Origin: Eledone cirrhosa
Taxonomy: Eukaryota
Reading direction: 5' to 3'
Length of the DNA stretch: 64,000 bases
Assembly (NCBI GenBank): GCA_964016885.1
Contig: OZ024743.1
Coordinates: forward strand, 306,280,001 to 306,344,000
Shown: positions 14,311 through 29,462 of the stretch, piece by piece
How positions within the stretch are numbered: the first letter of the stretch is position 1
How the letters are laid out: each line of letters starts with the position of its first letter
Notes under the pieces: generated by a model
What the model saw: only the letters and a program-made list of their open reading frames with translations
Databases searched by the model: none
What the model was told of the DNA's origin: nothing
Translations under genes and position numbers: made by a program

Positions 14311-14894
14311 ATCAATGATGGTGGTGGTGTTAGGGGTGGTGATGGAGGTGGGGCTGGTGGTGGTGCTGGTGCTGGTGCTGGTGGTGCTGACGGTGGGGCT
14401 GGTGATGGTGGTGGTGGTGCTGGTGGTGCTGGTGGTGGTGCTGGTGGTGCTGACGGTGGCAGTGGTGGTGATGTGTGTGATGGTGTTAGGGGCGGTGCTT
14501 GAGGTGCTGATGCTGGTGGTGGCGGTGGTCGTGGTGGTGGTGACGGTGTTGGTGGTGACGGGGATGAAGCATGTAGTGGCGGTGACGGTGTTGATATTGT
14601 GGGGGTGGGGGTGGTGCTGCTGCTGCTGCTGATGCTGGTGGTGGTGGTGATGGTTATGCTGGTGGTTATGGTGGTGGTGGTTATGGTGGTGGTGGTGTAG
14701 GCGGTGGTGTTGAGGTTGTGAAGTGGCCAAACTTCCATTCCAGTACGGTGTCAAATATCTCTACATCAGATATAGAATATTTTTCACTTGATACTTGACC
14801 CACAACAATATTTCACCCCTTATTGCTGGACCCTTTTCTCTTACCCCTTTCTACCTTCCCCCTTCTATATACATATATTTATACATGTGTGTGC

Positions 14895-14994
<100 letters not shown>

Positions 14995-15109
14995 ATATAT
15001 ATATCTATGTATGTTTGTATGAATGTATGTATGTATATGTGTGTGAGTGTGTGTGTGTGTGTTACGCACATAACCATATATCATATATATACATATATAT
15101 ATTTGCATA

Positions 15110-15237
<128 letters not shown>

Positions 15238-15272
15238 AATATACATATATATATATATATATATAAATATAC

Positions 15273-15365
<93 letters not shown>

Positions 15366-16311
15366 TATACATATATATACATATATGATCATATCCTTAA
15401 TTATTTCTTATTGAGCAGCAATGCGTATTATACATAAATACTTGTGATTATGAATATAAGTGTGAATGTAACTGCTTGTGTGTGTGCGTTTCTGTTTGTC
15501 TGAGTATATTTGTGTTTGTGTGTGTGTGTTTGTGTTTGTGTATGTTTGTGTTTGTGTGTGTGTGTTCGTGTATTTGTGTTTGCGTTTATGTGTGTGTATG
15601 TGCCTATATGTATTTACTTATGCATATATTCTGGATTTGGATTCGGCCTTTCACACATGTAAATGACCAATGGTCATTTCGAGACCAATCTTAAACCCCG
15701 AATGGCCGAAATTGTTCAAAGAGACCCTAAGGGTTCAGACTACTCGTCAATTTATTTTAATGACCCCTTAACGAAAGCCAGTGGCCAAATCACGCAATCA
15801 CGTGATCTCTGGTCATTTATCGCAATCCGATCCTAGAAAAGGAAGAGAAAAAAGGAATGAAGAAACCAAGGAAGTCCAGAACAAAGAAAGAAAGAAAGAA
15901 GAAATAAATAAATAAAGAAAGAAAGAAAGAAAGAAAGAAAGAAACAAACAAAGAAACAAACAAACAAACAAACAAACAAACAAAATATATACGAGAGAAA
16001 AAAAAGAGAAGCATCCATGTTTTAAAGTTAAATGTAGATTCTTAACTACACAAAATTAAAATATGCGATCTTTTGGTATCAACCCTGCCTGAAACTGGTC
16101 GGGGTTCTACGATACAAAACTATTTTTAAATTTTTGTGTTTATCTTTAAACCTTCTATCATAATTTTATGTAAGAACATTTATTAAGCTCCAAACACCAG
16201 ATAATGATAAAATTATATATATGCAAAAACTAAACAGTCAAGCAAAACAGTAAAACGATACATTACAACGAAGTTATATATTGCTTTAACGCTTGATATA
16301 TTAGCAAAAGA

Positions 16312-16349
16312 GTTTTAATGTTTCGGATGTTAGTCCTTCATCAGAAAAT
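16312..16349 (-). ncRNA. minimal Penelope-type hammerhead (family G)
   Basis: tttt-CTGATGA-a-gga ctaaca tcc-GAAA-ca-TT-aaaa; downstream aaaactctttt..tcaagc is shared with the 58827 copy. Confidence 0.7.
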
Positions 16350-16944
16350 ATAATGATAAATAAAAGGAGATATATAAAGTAAGATGAAGAAATGGAAAGA
16401 ATGGGGAAAAAGAAAACACTTTGATAATTTTCTAAATTATGTGAAAATCATACTGTTTTGTATTTAACTAAAAAAACAACACTAATTCTGATTTAGATAT
16501 TTAGAGTATGTTGGCTATCTTAAAAGACATTTAAATCAAGACTACAATAAATGCTACGTTTATCGTACGTTTTCGAACATGTAGATCGCGATTGTGTTGA
16601 AGAAAGTTTTTTAATATTGGCTAAATGTAAACTCGGAAATGCTTTCAGTATGCCTTCCAGAGTGATATTGCTAAAAAATAGTATAAACCAGGATTATATC
16701 GAAGACGTTCTGTATGAACGAAATATCTTCTTAACAACAAAGAATTATGTGCAAAAAAAATCTATTTTCATTAAGACTATCAAGAACTGTATCTCCGAAA
16801 ATGCGTCCCTGAATATATATATTATTGAGAAAATTGTGAGAAAACAAAATCGGATGAGGACCCTAAACTATGTTCAGCATCTTGTAAACTTTCAACAAAC
16901 AAAAATACAGTGAACTATACCTATACTTATTAAGTGTGGGTGAA

Positions 16945-17327
16945 GGGTGGTGGATTGGCAGTATTGGTAGAGCGTACGGCCTTTTACGTTCTGATTTCAA
17001 ATCCTGCCAAGGTTAGCTTTGCTTTTCATCTTTATGGAGTCGACAAAAAAAGCACCAGTAATGCATTAGGGTTGATTTAATCGACTTCTTCTCCCCACAA
17101 ATTGTTGGCTTTATGCCTAAATCAGAAACCATTATTAAGTGTGGTGGGAATGCGGTGCATTGGTAGAACGTCGGACAACATGCTTTGCGGCATAGAGTTA
17201 CGGCCCTTTAATTTCTGAGTTCAAATCACGCTTCTGAAGTCGATTTAATCGACTCCCTGTAACCCCATCCCCCAAAATATGCTGGTATTGTGCGTAAATT
17301 AGAAACAATTATTAAGTGTGGTGGGAA
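16945..17327 (+). mobile_element. two tandem tRNA-derived SINEs (family 1)
   Basis: ttctga(g/t)ttcaaatc B-box region, tail gctggccttgtgcc..agaaacaattatt-like; attattaagtgtggtgggaa duplicated at 17131 and 17308. Confidence 0.8.
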
Positions 17328-20300
17328 ATAATAGATCCCTCAAGTTTTAATAGATTTCTATATTAAAAGCATGACAATTTCCTAATTTCGCTCTGTAAAT
17401 AGTGAAATAAAAAAATCTGAAATGGAAGAGTTTGATATGACGTAACGATATTAGAAAAGAAGTGAAAGAAAATAAAATAAATAATAATACGAAATATATT
17501 AAATGAAATGTAGAATATTTGTACGATAAGTGATGCGGAATGTATAAAATATACATACATGTAGTTAAGTGCAATATAAATTTTATTGATGCCAATGCAA
17601 TCGGGTACTGTGAACCGCAGAGCACGTGGAGGTGGGTGGCAGCAGATGGCTGGCAGCAAACTGCCGTCACCAATACACTACGTAAATTGGGAAACAGCCA
17701 AACACGACGGCTGCAGGCGTTTTACCGAGTACAGTGGCGGCAAATCACATAAGAGAGCACAAGGGCAGCAGGCGGCCGATAGTGATTGATCTTGCTTCAT
17801 TGATATTTTTTCTTCTTTATCTTTCTATTTTTTTTGTTTCCTTTAAATAATATTATTTTTTCAACATAAACTTCTGAAGTTTCACTTCTTAAGAATAATA
17901 TTTACAATTAACAAATATATTGGAAATTTCCTTACTAACGTTTAACTATGGACAGGTGCTCGGAGAATACAATCTTTTATCATAGGTTTTAAAATTGTGT
18001 TAAACATTATTGTGTTTATCTTGCTTTTGTGTTTTGAAGCTGCTTACTTCTTGAAACCGGTAAAATGAATACTGCGTTTGATTTTTAGAATTCTGATAGA
18101 AACATCAAAATAATTTATATTTTCGGAAGTTTATTTTATTCTGTATTTTGGTAAAGAGAAGTGGCACCTTTTCCCAAGAAAACACGGCCAGAGAAGCCGA
18201 AATGTCACTTATCCACTTATCTAATGGACATTCAAACCTCAACATGAAATATTTGGTATATTTTAAACATTGTATGTAAATTTGTAGCATAATGTATCGA
18301 ACATTGCGATTTACCTACAAATATATATGGCAACTGCTGTGTAGATGTGAAATGGTTGAGTAGAGTACGATTTCAGTACAAATTGTGTTGCTGGTATAAG
18401 GACAACCATTCGTCTGTTTTTATACTGGTTTCAGTTATTTGACTGCGGCCATACTGTGTTACCATCTTAATTTAGTCGATCATATATTGCTGTGCAAACA
18501 ATTTTCATGTCATGATATTTGGACACAAAATGTCTTTTACGAACGTAATTGGAGTGTCTTTCAATCACATGTAGAAAATACACCTTTGTGTGCATGTATG
18601 TATGTTATCCAGTGTTAGTTGTCAACAGTTTCGGGAAGTGACGGGAGCTGGCAGGGGCTGGCGGGAACTTACAGTAGCTGAGGGAGGCTGGTGAGAGCTG
18701 ACGAGAATTGACGGGAGCCGTCATAAACAACAGGTGGTGGGATATATTAAAGAGGAAAATTAGAGTAGTATCAATCAGTTTCCTCAAAGTGTGTTTGCAC
18801 TGAAACATGAAGTTTCGAGTTGTGTGCATCATGGGAACAAGGCCACAACTGACTGACCACATAGGGTGCAAACATTCTGGCACCAAAGAGATATGTGAAG
18901 TTTTGCAACAGACCTTTACTGAACGTTTTGCGATTTTGCAAAGAATGGTGGGCTGAAGACGATGGAGGTCACTGCCAACCACAACATCCTGCTAGGACAG
19001 TCAACCATTCATGCAGAGTGCTAAGAAAATCCAATGACAGCAGATGAAGGAGTAGAAATGCAGTTGCCACTAAATTGGGAGCATTCTCAATTGTGTGATG
19101 TAAGGGGCAGTGGTACTGTTAACAAAGGACCCGAAAATGTGGGACGTGAGACCTTCATGTCCCTAAAACAACTCAACACCGAGAGTTGGCACTTCTCGTT
19201 CCTATTGTAGACGAAGCTGCACAGACCTGTGTGATCTCTTGTAGATATATCCGTAGATCTATCTGGTAGATCTCAGCCATATGAGATAGACCGTGGTTGT
19301 GGTGGTGGTGGTAATGGTGGTGGTAGTGGTAGTGGTGGTGAGGGTGATGGTGGTCATTGCCGTCATTGTTGTGATGGTGGTAGTGGTAGTGGTAGTGGTG
19401 GTGGTGGTGTTGGTCGTCGTCGTCGTCGTCGTCGCGGTCGCGGTCGTGGTGGTCATCGTGGTGGCAATGGTGGTAGTAGTGGTGATGGTCGTCGTCGTCA
19501 TCGTAGTCGTCGTGGTCGTGGTTGTGGTGGTGGTGGTTGAGATTCTTAAAATGACTCCTGTAATGGTGAGGTGGAGTGGGACATTATTTGCAGTAATAGT
19601 TGGATGGCTATGGGTCATCAGTAAATGATTTTTTTTTTATATTTGGCGTAGTTCGTTATTTCACCAGAAACATAGGCACACACGCACATACACACGCATA
19701 TACACATACACATGCACACAAAAACGCAGGAACGTAAACACACACAGGCATACAAATTCATAGACACATGTTAACACTTACGTAGATATACTTGCACGCA
19801 AATAGAAACACAAACACATACACACTCTCACAAGCAGACTGACACAAAGACACACGGCCACACACATACACGCACATACGCGCACAGATACACACAGTCG
19901 CAAATATATACGCAAACACACATATATAGTGGCACACGCATACACATATACACACATGTACACACATACGCACAGACATACATACACACAGGCATACATA
20001 CACACAGGCACACATACACAGACGTACATACAGACAGGCATACATTCACACAGTCACACATACACAGACATACATACACACAGGCACAGATACACACAAG
20101 CATACATACACACAGGCACAGATACACATAGACACATACATAAATACAAGCACAAACAGCCATATATTAGACATATAAGATTGATAATCCCTTGGAATTT
20201 CGTTTCGGTTCGCGCCCCGTTTGTTTCCATCCAATCGGGCCGTAATCGGGGCGAAAAGAACAAAAAAATGATTAATAATAAATAATAGACGTGGGACATT

Positions 20301-21174
20301 TTTAAAAAATCACAATAAACACAATAAAATACAATTAAATACAGTAAAATACATTACAGTGCAATAGGCGACGCGACAGAAAGCTACACAGAGGCGGTAT
20401 GGGGAGTGTTCTATAAGGGTGTGGTGCCACCAGGACCAGAGTTTAAAAATAATAACCACAACAAAAAGATCATCAACAACAACAACAACAACAAAACAAA
20501 TAGAGGAGCAACCACAACAAAAACAGCAACAACAACAACAAACTAAGTAGAGGAACAACTACAACAATAACTACAACAACAACTACGGTAATAACAACAA
20601 GAACTAAACATCATATGTTGGCCAATTGGGTATTATTGAGATAGTGTATTAACATTATAATGTATAATTGAATCACTGAATGTTCTTTGTCAAGCTAGAT
20701 CAAGAGTCACGTCCCTTGGGAAAACAATATATTAGGCTTTAAACCTTGTATTATTAGTAGCAGTGTTTTTAGTTATTTTTTTCCCTCTTTACTTTATTTT
20801 TCCTCCGCCAGCCAACAACTTTTTTGCTTGTCTGTGTTTCATTCGTTTATTTGTAAATTTGACCCTTTTCCAGTTATTTTATATCATTTTATTTTATTCT
20901 ATTTTACATATTTATTTATTTGGTTGGTTGAATAGATGGACGGATGGGTGGTTGGCTCATTTGATTGGTTTGTTGTATGTAAGTGCATGCTTGTGTGCGT
21001 GCGTGCATGTCTGGTGGGGGATATGTGTGTGAGTGTGTCTTCACTTATGTGTATTATGTATGTGAGTCTGTGTGTGTTGAAGGAATCGTAATGAGAGTAA
21101 TAGATAATTACGAATGTTTATGTATGTGTATAATTGTATACGTATATAGATATGTAGATAAAGAGAGAGAGAGG

Positions 21175-21266
<92 letters not shown>

Positions 21267-21438
21267 CAAGTACATATATGTATATATAAACATACACACA
21301 TGTATATATATATATATATATAACCCTCTACACATATACATATATATACAGAAGCACACATACAGGCGAATATTTCGAAATATGACGGAAAATATATTGT
21401 TTACGATTGATGCTCAGTTTTATGTAAATGTATGCTTG

Positions 21439-21510
<72 letters not shown>

Positions 21511-21668
21511 ATTTATATATATAAATATGTGTTTGTGTGCGCGCGTGTGTGTAAGTGTAAGCTCATGTATGTTCTCTTTTGATACACGTGTGATTGACAG
21601 TGTACATGTCTATATGCGCATGTAAAGAAATATATATATGTAATTGTATTTCTCTCTCTCTCTCTTCT

Positions 21669-21712
<44 letters not shown>

Positions 21713-21721
21713 TGTATATAT

Positions 21722-21768
<47 letters not shown>

Positions 21769-21885
21769 CATACATAGATATATACGTAGATACATAAATG
21801 CCGTTACACACACATGCATATATATACATGCATGTATGCATGTATATATATGCATATATATGCATATATATACATGCATACATGC

Positions 21886-21931
<46 letters not shown>

Positions 21932-21984
21932 CTATATATATATATATAAATAAATGTATATATACATATATATATGTGTGTGTC

Positions 21985-22170
<186 letters not shown>

Positions 22171-22561
22171 AAAAAGTATATATATATATACATATATGTA
22201 TGTATGGGAAGTGTGTGTATTTATGTGTATGTGCACAGCTTATGGTTATGTGTGCGAGTGGATACGCGTCCATTTATGTGTAGCATATGTATGTAAGTGT
22301 ATACGCTTGTATGTAAATGTGTGTGTGCATTTATGTATATGCATGCCTGTGTGTGTATGACGTTACGGAGAACCATACATTGCTAGTTTAATTGATGTCA
22401 TTATTGTAGTGTTTATCATATCAATCAGATTGGACAGAACAACTCCCCCCTCCCCTCCCTATACCTACCAACATCTGAGGCCCTGCACCACTCTTTTTTT
22501 CTATTTATATGAGCATGTGTTTATTTATTTACGGCCATCTTTATATATGCGTATAAATGTT

Positions 22562-22602
<41 letters not shown>

Positions 22603-22648
22603 CTGTCTGTGTTTGTGCGTGTTCTCCTTTTGTTTCTCTCTCTCTCTC

Positions 22649-22697
<49 letters not shown>

Positions 22698-22960
22698 ATC
22701 GTCTTACATGTTCTTTCAATCTGAATTTGTTTTTTCCTCTCCAATCTCCCACACATCTCTTTCCTTTCATCTTTTCCTCGTCATTTCTCTCATTTCTCTA
22801 TCACTTACCTCCCCCTCATCCTCTCTCTCTCTCCTATCCCCACTCTCGCTCTCTCTCTCTCTCCCTCTCTCTCTCCCTCACCATCTCTCTCTCTCTCCAT
22901 CTCCCTCCCCCTCTCTATCTCTCTATCTCTCTCTCCCTCTCTCTCTCTCCCTCTCTCTCT

Positions 22961-22997
<37 letters not shown>

Positions 22998-23045
22998 CAT
23001 CTCTTTCCCTCTCTCTCTCTTTTCTCTCCCTCCCCCTCTCTCTTT

Positions 23046-23122
<77 letters not shown>

Positions 23123-23466
23123 TCTCTCTCCATCTCTTTCCCTCTCTCTCTCTTTCTCTCTCCCTCCCCTCTCTCTTTCTCTCCATCTCTCTCTCTCCAC
23201 ACATTTATCTGTTCATATTTTATCACTGTTCATTCTTTTTCTTCGTGTTTTCTTCATTTTTTTTCCTTCTCAAAGATCTCCCCCCCCCACCACCACCACC
23301 CTCTCCCCCACCACCATCACCATAACAACCACCCTATCCTCATCATTTGTTTTTTTTTTACTTATTGATGCTCCATACAACCTCCGCTCTTTTCTCCTCC
23401 TCCCTCCTTTCCCCTCCATCTAGTCACTGTTACTCTTTCTCTCACCTCACTCTCACTACGAGGTTC

Positions 23467-23668
23467 GTGTATATGTGTGTGCCTGTACATGTGTATATGT
23501 GTGTGCCTGTACATGTGTATATGTGTGTGCCTGTACATGTGTATATGTGTGTGCCTGTACATGTGTATATGTGTGTGCCTGTACATGTGTATATGTGTGT
23601 GCCTGTACATGTGTATATGTGTGTGCCTGTACATGTGTATATGTGTGTGCCTGTACATGTGTATATGC
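23467..23668. repeat. 24-bp minisatellite gtgtatatgtgtgtgcctgtacat, about 8 copies, followed by a (GT/AT) higher-order array to ~24380
   Basis: Read directly. Confidence 0.9.
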
Positions 23669-24989
23669 ATGTGTCTATGCCTGCGTCTGTTTGTGTGTGT
23701 GTGTCTGTGTGTGTATGTATGTGTGTATGTATGTGTGTATGTATGTGTGTATATGTGTGTATGTGTGTGTTGGAATGTGTGCATGTGTGTGTCTGCGTGT
23801 GTGTATGCGTGTATGTGTGTGTGTATGTATGTGTGCATGTGTGTGTCTGCGTGTGTGTATGTATGTGTGTGTATGTATGTGTGTATGTGTGACTATATGT
23901 GTGTGTATGTATGTGCGTATGTGTGTATATGTGTGTGTATGTATGTGGGTATATGTGTGTGTCTGTGTGTGTATGTATGTGGGTATGTGTGTGTGTCTGT
24001 GTGTGTATGTATGTGGGTATGTGTGTGTATATGTGTGTGTATGTATGTGGGTATGTGTGTGTGTCTGTGTGTGTATGTATGTGGTTATGTGTGTGTCTGT
24101 GTGGGTATGTGTGTGTATCTGTGTGTGTATGTATGTGGGTATGTGTGTGTGTCTGTGTGTGTATGTATGTGGGTATGTGTGTGTATATGTGTGTGTATGT
24201 ATGTGGGTATGTGTGTGTGTCTGTGTGTGTATGTATGTGGTTATGTGTGTGTCTGTGTGGGTATGTGTGTGTATCTGTGTGTGTATGTATGTGGGTATGT
24301 GTGTGTGTCTGTGTGTGTATGTATGTGGGTATGTGTGTGTGTCTGTGTGTGTATGTATGTGGGTATGTGTGTGTCTATGTGTGAGTTTATTTAGAGAGAA
24401 TCAAGTGAATAACAGACATCATAGAATCTCCTCTGATTTCTAGTCTATTGCTTCATCTCTCAACTCTTTGATCTCTATGGACGCAGATACACATGCACAC
24501 ACACATAAATACAAACACACACATACACACTCACATATACGCTCACACATATGCACACATATTCAAACACACGCACAGACAAACACAAATATGTATCTAT
24601 ATGTATGTGTGTGTTTGTGTGTGTGTGTGTGTGTGTGTATGCGTATATACACTTATATATATATCAACATATGTATGTGAGGAGAGATGTGTGTGTGTGT
24701 GCGAGTGTATGTGTGTGTGAGTGTGTATGTATACGTACCCACACACACACATATATATCAACATATGTGTTTGTGTGTGAGTGTGTACGTGTGAGTGAAT
24801 GTGTATGTATGTATACGTACCCACACACATATATATCAACATATGTGTGTGTGTGTGAGTGAATGTGTATGTATACGTACCCACACTCACTTATATATAT
24901 ATTTATCAACATATGTGTGTGTGTGAGGAGAGAGAGAGAGGGGGGTGAGTGTGTATGTGTAAGTGAGTGTGTATGTATGTGTTTACGAA

Positions 24990-25218
24990 TGCACGCGTCA
25001 TAGTGGTAAAGTTTTTTTGGTTTTCGATCGATATCCCGTGGGTTCGATTCCTGGAGCAGATGATGTATTGTGTTTCGCTTGCATTTCGCATTTCTCCAGT
25101 GCAATCAGGGAATGTGCTGATGTATCGCCATGGGGAAAGTCTTCTTCTGCCAGCCGCTTACCGCCCAGAAACCAGGATATGGCCCCCGCCTAATGAGCCT
25201 CCTGGCTTGGGACACATT
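24990..25218 (+). mobile_element. tRNA-derived SINE (family 2-related)
   Basis: A-box-like tagtggtaaag, B-box gggttcgattcc, tail gaaaccaggatatggcccccgcctaatgagcctcctggcttgggac. Confidence 0.7.
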
Positions 25219-25354
25219 TTAATCTTTTCATATATGTATGTATAAGTCAAATTCTCTCAGCCACGCACTCACACAAACGCACGCCAACACACGCACACAT
25301 TCTTTTTTTCTTTTGCACAGCTTTGCTTTTCTTTCCACCAGCCTTTTTGTCCGT

Positions 25355-25500
25355 TGGCGGCGAATTTAACAGAGTCGTTAGAACGTCGGAGAGAAAGCTT
25401 TGACTCTCTGAGGTCAACTACCATCGAGATCAACTTTGTCTTTTATCCGTTCGCGGTCGATGTAAAGAAGTACGAGTCAAGTACTAGCGTTGATTATTCC
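25355..25500 (+). mobile_element. diverged SINE family 1
   Basis: tggcggcgaattt..gtcgttagaacgtcgga..atcaactttgtcttttatcc..ggtcgat. Confidence 0.6.
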
Positions 25501-25658
25501 TCTATATCTCTTGCCCACCTCCTCTCTACCACTCTCCCTTCTGTTGTGTTCAGACATGGAGAGCAGATGGGCTCTGCCAGGTTTAATAAATACCCTCAAA
25601 GCGCCGTGTTTAATACCGCATCCCTACGACTTCCCCAGGTTTACGGGACCATACGTAA

Positions 25659-25726
<68 letters not shown>

Positions 25727-26098
25727 TATAAAACAAAAAATCAGTGATGCATCTGAACTCAATTTATTGTGTGTTACAATTGTTTCGCCGGCGGACAGCT
25801 CGAGACACGATCATTGTGTGGATCTGTCTGATTCTGGACCCGTAGGTTCGACGTGTCCGTATGAAAGGCAGAGTAGACACACGATAATTAAAAATATTAA
25901 TTAAAGTGTAAATACATACCTATATAACTATATAACACACGTACAATTCCAAAGAGATGCGTTATGTCCTTGGGCAAGACACTTTATTTCACGTTGCTCC
26001 TTCTACCTGGAGTTGCGACCGATAGATAGTATTAGCAATTGGAAAGACCAACGGAAACATTGTTCCCTCGGTCCGATTTGACGAAAGTCGATCGTTCC

Positions 26099-26135
<37 letters not shown>

Positions 26136-26466
26136 TAAACATTAAGGCACACACTTGCACGTCTAGTACACAGTCTATTAAGTTTAGTCAGCAAGACTGC
26201 GGTAAACCCATATAAGAGTGTCAGCATGTATAATGGTGTGTGTGTTTGTGTTTGTGTGTGCGTGTGCGAGGGTGTGCGAGGGTGTGCGTGTTTGCATGTT
26301 TTAGCGCATAAGTATATAAAAACATAGTTTAATATGCATTTATATATTCACATGTAAATATTCATTCATAACACTCGTACATAGACACACATATATATAT
26401 ATGAATATACATATATATATATGTGTGTGTGCGCGTGTGTGCGTGTGTGTGTGTGTGTGTGTGTGC

Positions 26467-26510
<44 letters not shown>

Positions 26511-26561
26511 ATATATACTCATATGTATATACACATATATATATACATATATATTTATATG

Positions 26562-26599
<38 letters not shown>

Positions 26600-26729
26600 T
26601 ATATGTGTGCATATATACACATATACACATATATATACACGCTCACCACCCCTCACACAGACGAGCGCTCACAGATAACAACACGTTCATTCTATCTCTC
26701 TCTTTCTCTTTATATATATATATATATAC

Positions 26730-26786
<57 letters not shown>

Positions 26787-27224
26787 AGTAAGCCAAAGTG
26801 GTTAACGTGTTATACATGTTTGTTGGTAGTTAGTTGTTATATAAAAGATCCTTGTCAATTGCAGCTAATACGATATAGATATATATATATTACAGTCATA
26901 ATCTTAAAGATATCAGCTATATTTACATGCACGATAACCGTATATCAAATATATATTTGTCCCAGATGGAGAGTATCTTATACGAACATATGAAAGTATT
27001 CACATTGATTGTATGTACATATTTATGCACGTATGCATATATTCTCGCGCATGTTTGTACGCATGTACACCATGGTAGCCACAGAACCAGATGTATTATT
27101 AAGACTGTATATGCACATGAATGTACACGTATAGGCTTATGTATGCCTTCACACACATATATATATATTTACATACACACACACGCACACGATCATATAG
27201 ACTGAAGGAGAGGAGAGACAATCG

Positions 27225-27288
<64 letters not shown>

Positions 27289-27654
27289 CATGTATTTATG
27301 TATGTATATGTGTGTGTGTAAATATGTATATATTAGCAATGTTTTTCAGTCATTTCTTTCCTAAATTTAATGATTTATTTCCTATAACTACTCAATATTT
27401 TGGTTTATTTTGTTTAATTATAGGAAATAATTTTTTCAAAGTTTAATCAAATATTTATGTGTGTATGAACATGAACAGGTATCTTCTGATGGAGTCGTAG
27501 GTGTGCCATATTGACATACGCTGTTTCTTGGGGAATGTTTTAAAACCTGGCAGAGCCCATCTCCTCTCCAGGTCTGAACACAATCTATTTCTTCCAGAGA
27601 AGGATAATGGGCGAGAGAAAGGAAGTGAGGGACAGATATATAAGAAGAATCACT

Positions 27655-27810
27655 CTCAGTACTAGACAGGTACTTTTCTTATCTACTTTGAAAGGATGAG
27701 AGGAAAAGTTGATTTCGGGGGGGATTTGAACTCAGAGTGCTGAAAGGAGGAACGCCGACCACATAGCTTTCTATCCGACGTTCTAATTAAATCGCTAATT
27801 CTCCGCCTTA
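27655..27810 (-). mobile_element. SINE family 1
   Basis: ggatttgaactcagag and ggaaaagttgatttcgg on plus are the reverse complement of the consensus. Confidence 0.65.
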
Positions 27811-28061
27811 ATAAAATAAAACATTTTGTTTTAAAACCAAATATAAGAAATAGTTTTATTACTCATGCGTACGAACAGGCTCGAATGAGCATGCACAAGA
27901 AACGACTATATTGAATATGCGCAAAAGCCAAAACAAATTGCATGCACACGGCCCGAATTCTGCGTATATACACATAAGTATGTAGAAATGTATTCTGATG
28001 TGCAACATGGTGTGTATGTTTAAGCCACTATAGATATATACAAATCTTTCCATAATTACTG

Positions 28062-28340
28062 CTTCTTCTTCTTCGGCCACTTATTAAGAGGGTCGTGGGG
28101 GCAGAGTCCTCAAACACTCCTTCCAGTGGGTACTGTCAGAAGCAACAATCCCTAACTGATCCGGCTGGATCCCCAAGCGAGACCAACCAAGTTCATGGAT
28201 GTTATCCAACCAACTTGCTTGGCGTCTACCCCTGGTTCTCCTGTCGGCTGGTTTTGCCCGTAAAATCTATCCCGCGATTCCTTTCTGAGACATTCTAACA
28301 ACATGCCCATAGTGTCGGAGCTGTGATCTCTCAATTCAGA
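28062..28340 (-). mobile_element. RTE-clade LINE 3' end with (GAA)n tail
   Basis: Homologous to 60270-60610; encodes a degraded P-G-RP-GRP-like RTE C-terminus. Confidence 0.65.
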
Positions 28341-28789
28341 GAAGTAGTGGATCTACCTGGAGTGACTCTATGATCTCCTAGCTATACATTTTATCGAGTA
28401 ATGTTACTTCAAAAACCCTTCGGGAGTATCCTATTTCGGCAGTTTTTATTCACGATTGTATTCTTTAGACACATGTAATAATTTTCGTGAACAAATTGTA
28501 GTCCACTTTTGGTCTAACCTGGTGATGTTGTCGGTGACTTGTTAACCAAACTTCAGAATGATTTATACCAACACAAATACAATAGAACATTCTTAAAACC
28601 CACCCACCTACTGCATAGCTTATGGGTGTTCATGCAACTCACATAAATCCTGTATCAGATATGCCTGCATCATTCGTTAGCCGTTTCTGCATTGATGGCG
28701 ATCAAGAACATTTCTTCCCCAGTTATTCTTAACCTATTTCAAGTCCTCACAACGAAGTAGTTGTATTGTTTTTAAACCACAGCCTTGAC

Positions 28790-29215
28790 TAATAATGGTT
28801 TCCGATTTAGGCATAAGGCCAACAATTTTAGAGGAAGGGAAAGTCAATTAAATCAACTCCAATGCATTACTGGTGCTTTATTTTATCGACTCCATAAGGA
28901 TGAAAGGCAAAACTAATCTCGACATAACGAAAACAGCCTTATCTATATGCCACAAAACATGTTTGACGCACTTCCGATACTGCCAATCCAACGTTTGATA
29001 ATAATCGTTTCTGATTTAGGCACAATTTGAGGGGAAGGGAAAGTCGATTAAATCGACCTCAGTGCATTACTAGTATTTTATTTTATCGACCCCAGATAAA
29101 AGAATGAAAGGCAAAGTTAACCTCGGCGGGATTTAAACTTAGAACATAAAGGGACATAACTCTATGTCACAAAACATTGTGTCCGACGTTCTACCGATTA
29201 CTGCCAAACTAGCTT
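28790..29215 (-). mobile_element. two tandem SINE family 1 copies
   Basis: Two successive ttttatcgac..tgaaaggcaaa blocks. Confidence 0.8.
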
Positions 29216-29351
29216 TGAATAATAATAAAAATATAAACACATTATTATCTAAAGACTTAGTTTAGCAGGATATTTTAGCTGAAGGGAAAAATTTACAACA
29301 TATTGTGAGTCTGGAGAGAAGGTTTCCTTGATATTAATAAATAAAATAGAG

Positions 29352-29430
<79 letters not shown>

Positions 29431-29462
29431 TTGATAAGAAAATGATGATGTTGTTGTAGTGA

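Noticed and set aside
16551-16913. hAT transposase C-terminal remnant (DCVEESF resembles xVERSFS)
   Set aside because: A single weak motif; ends and TSD not found.
24990-25065. tRNA gene
   Set aside because: A/B boxes are present but there is no cloverleaf, and the sequence continues into a SINE body.
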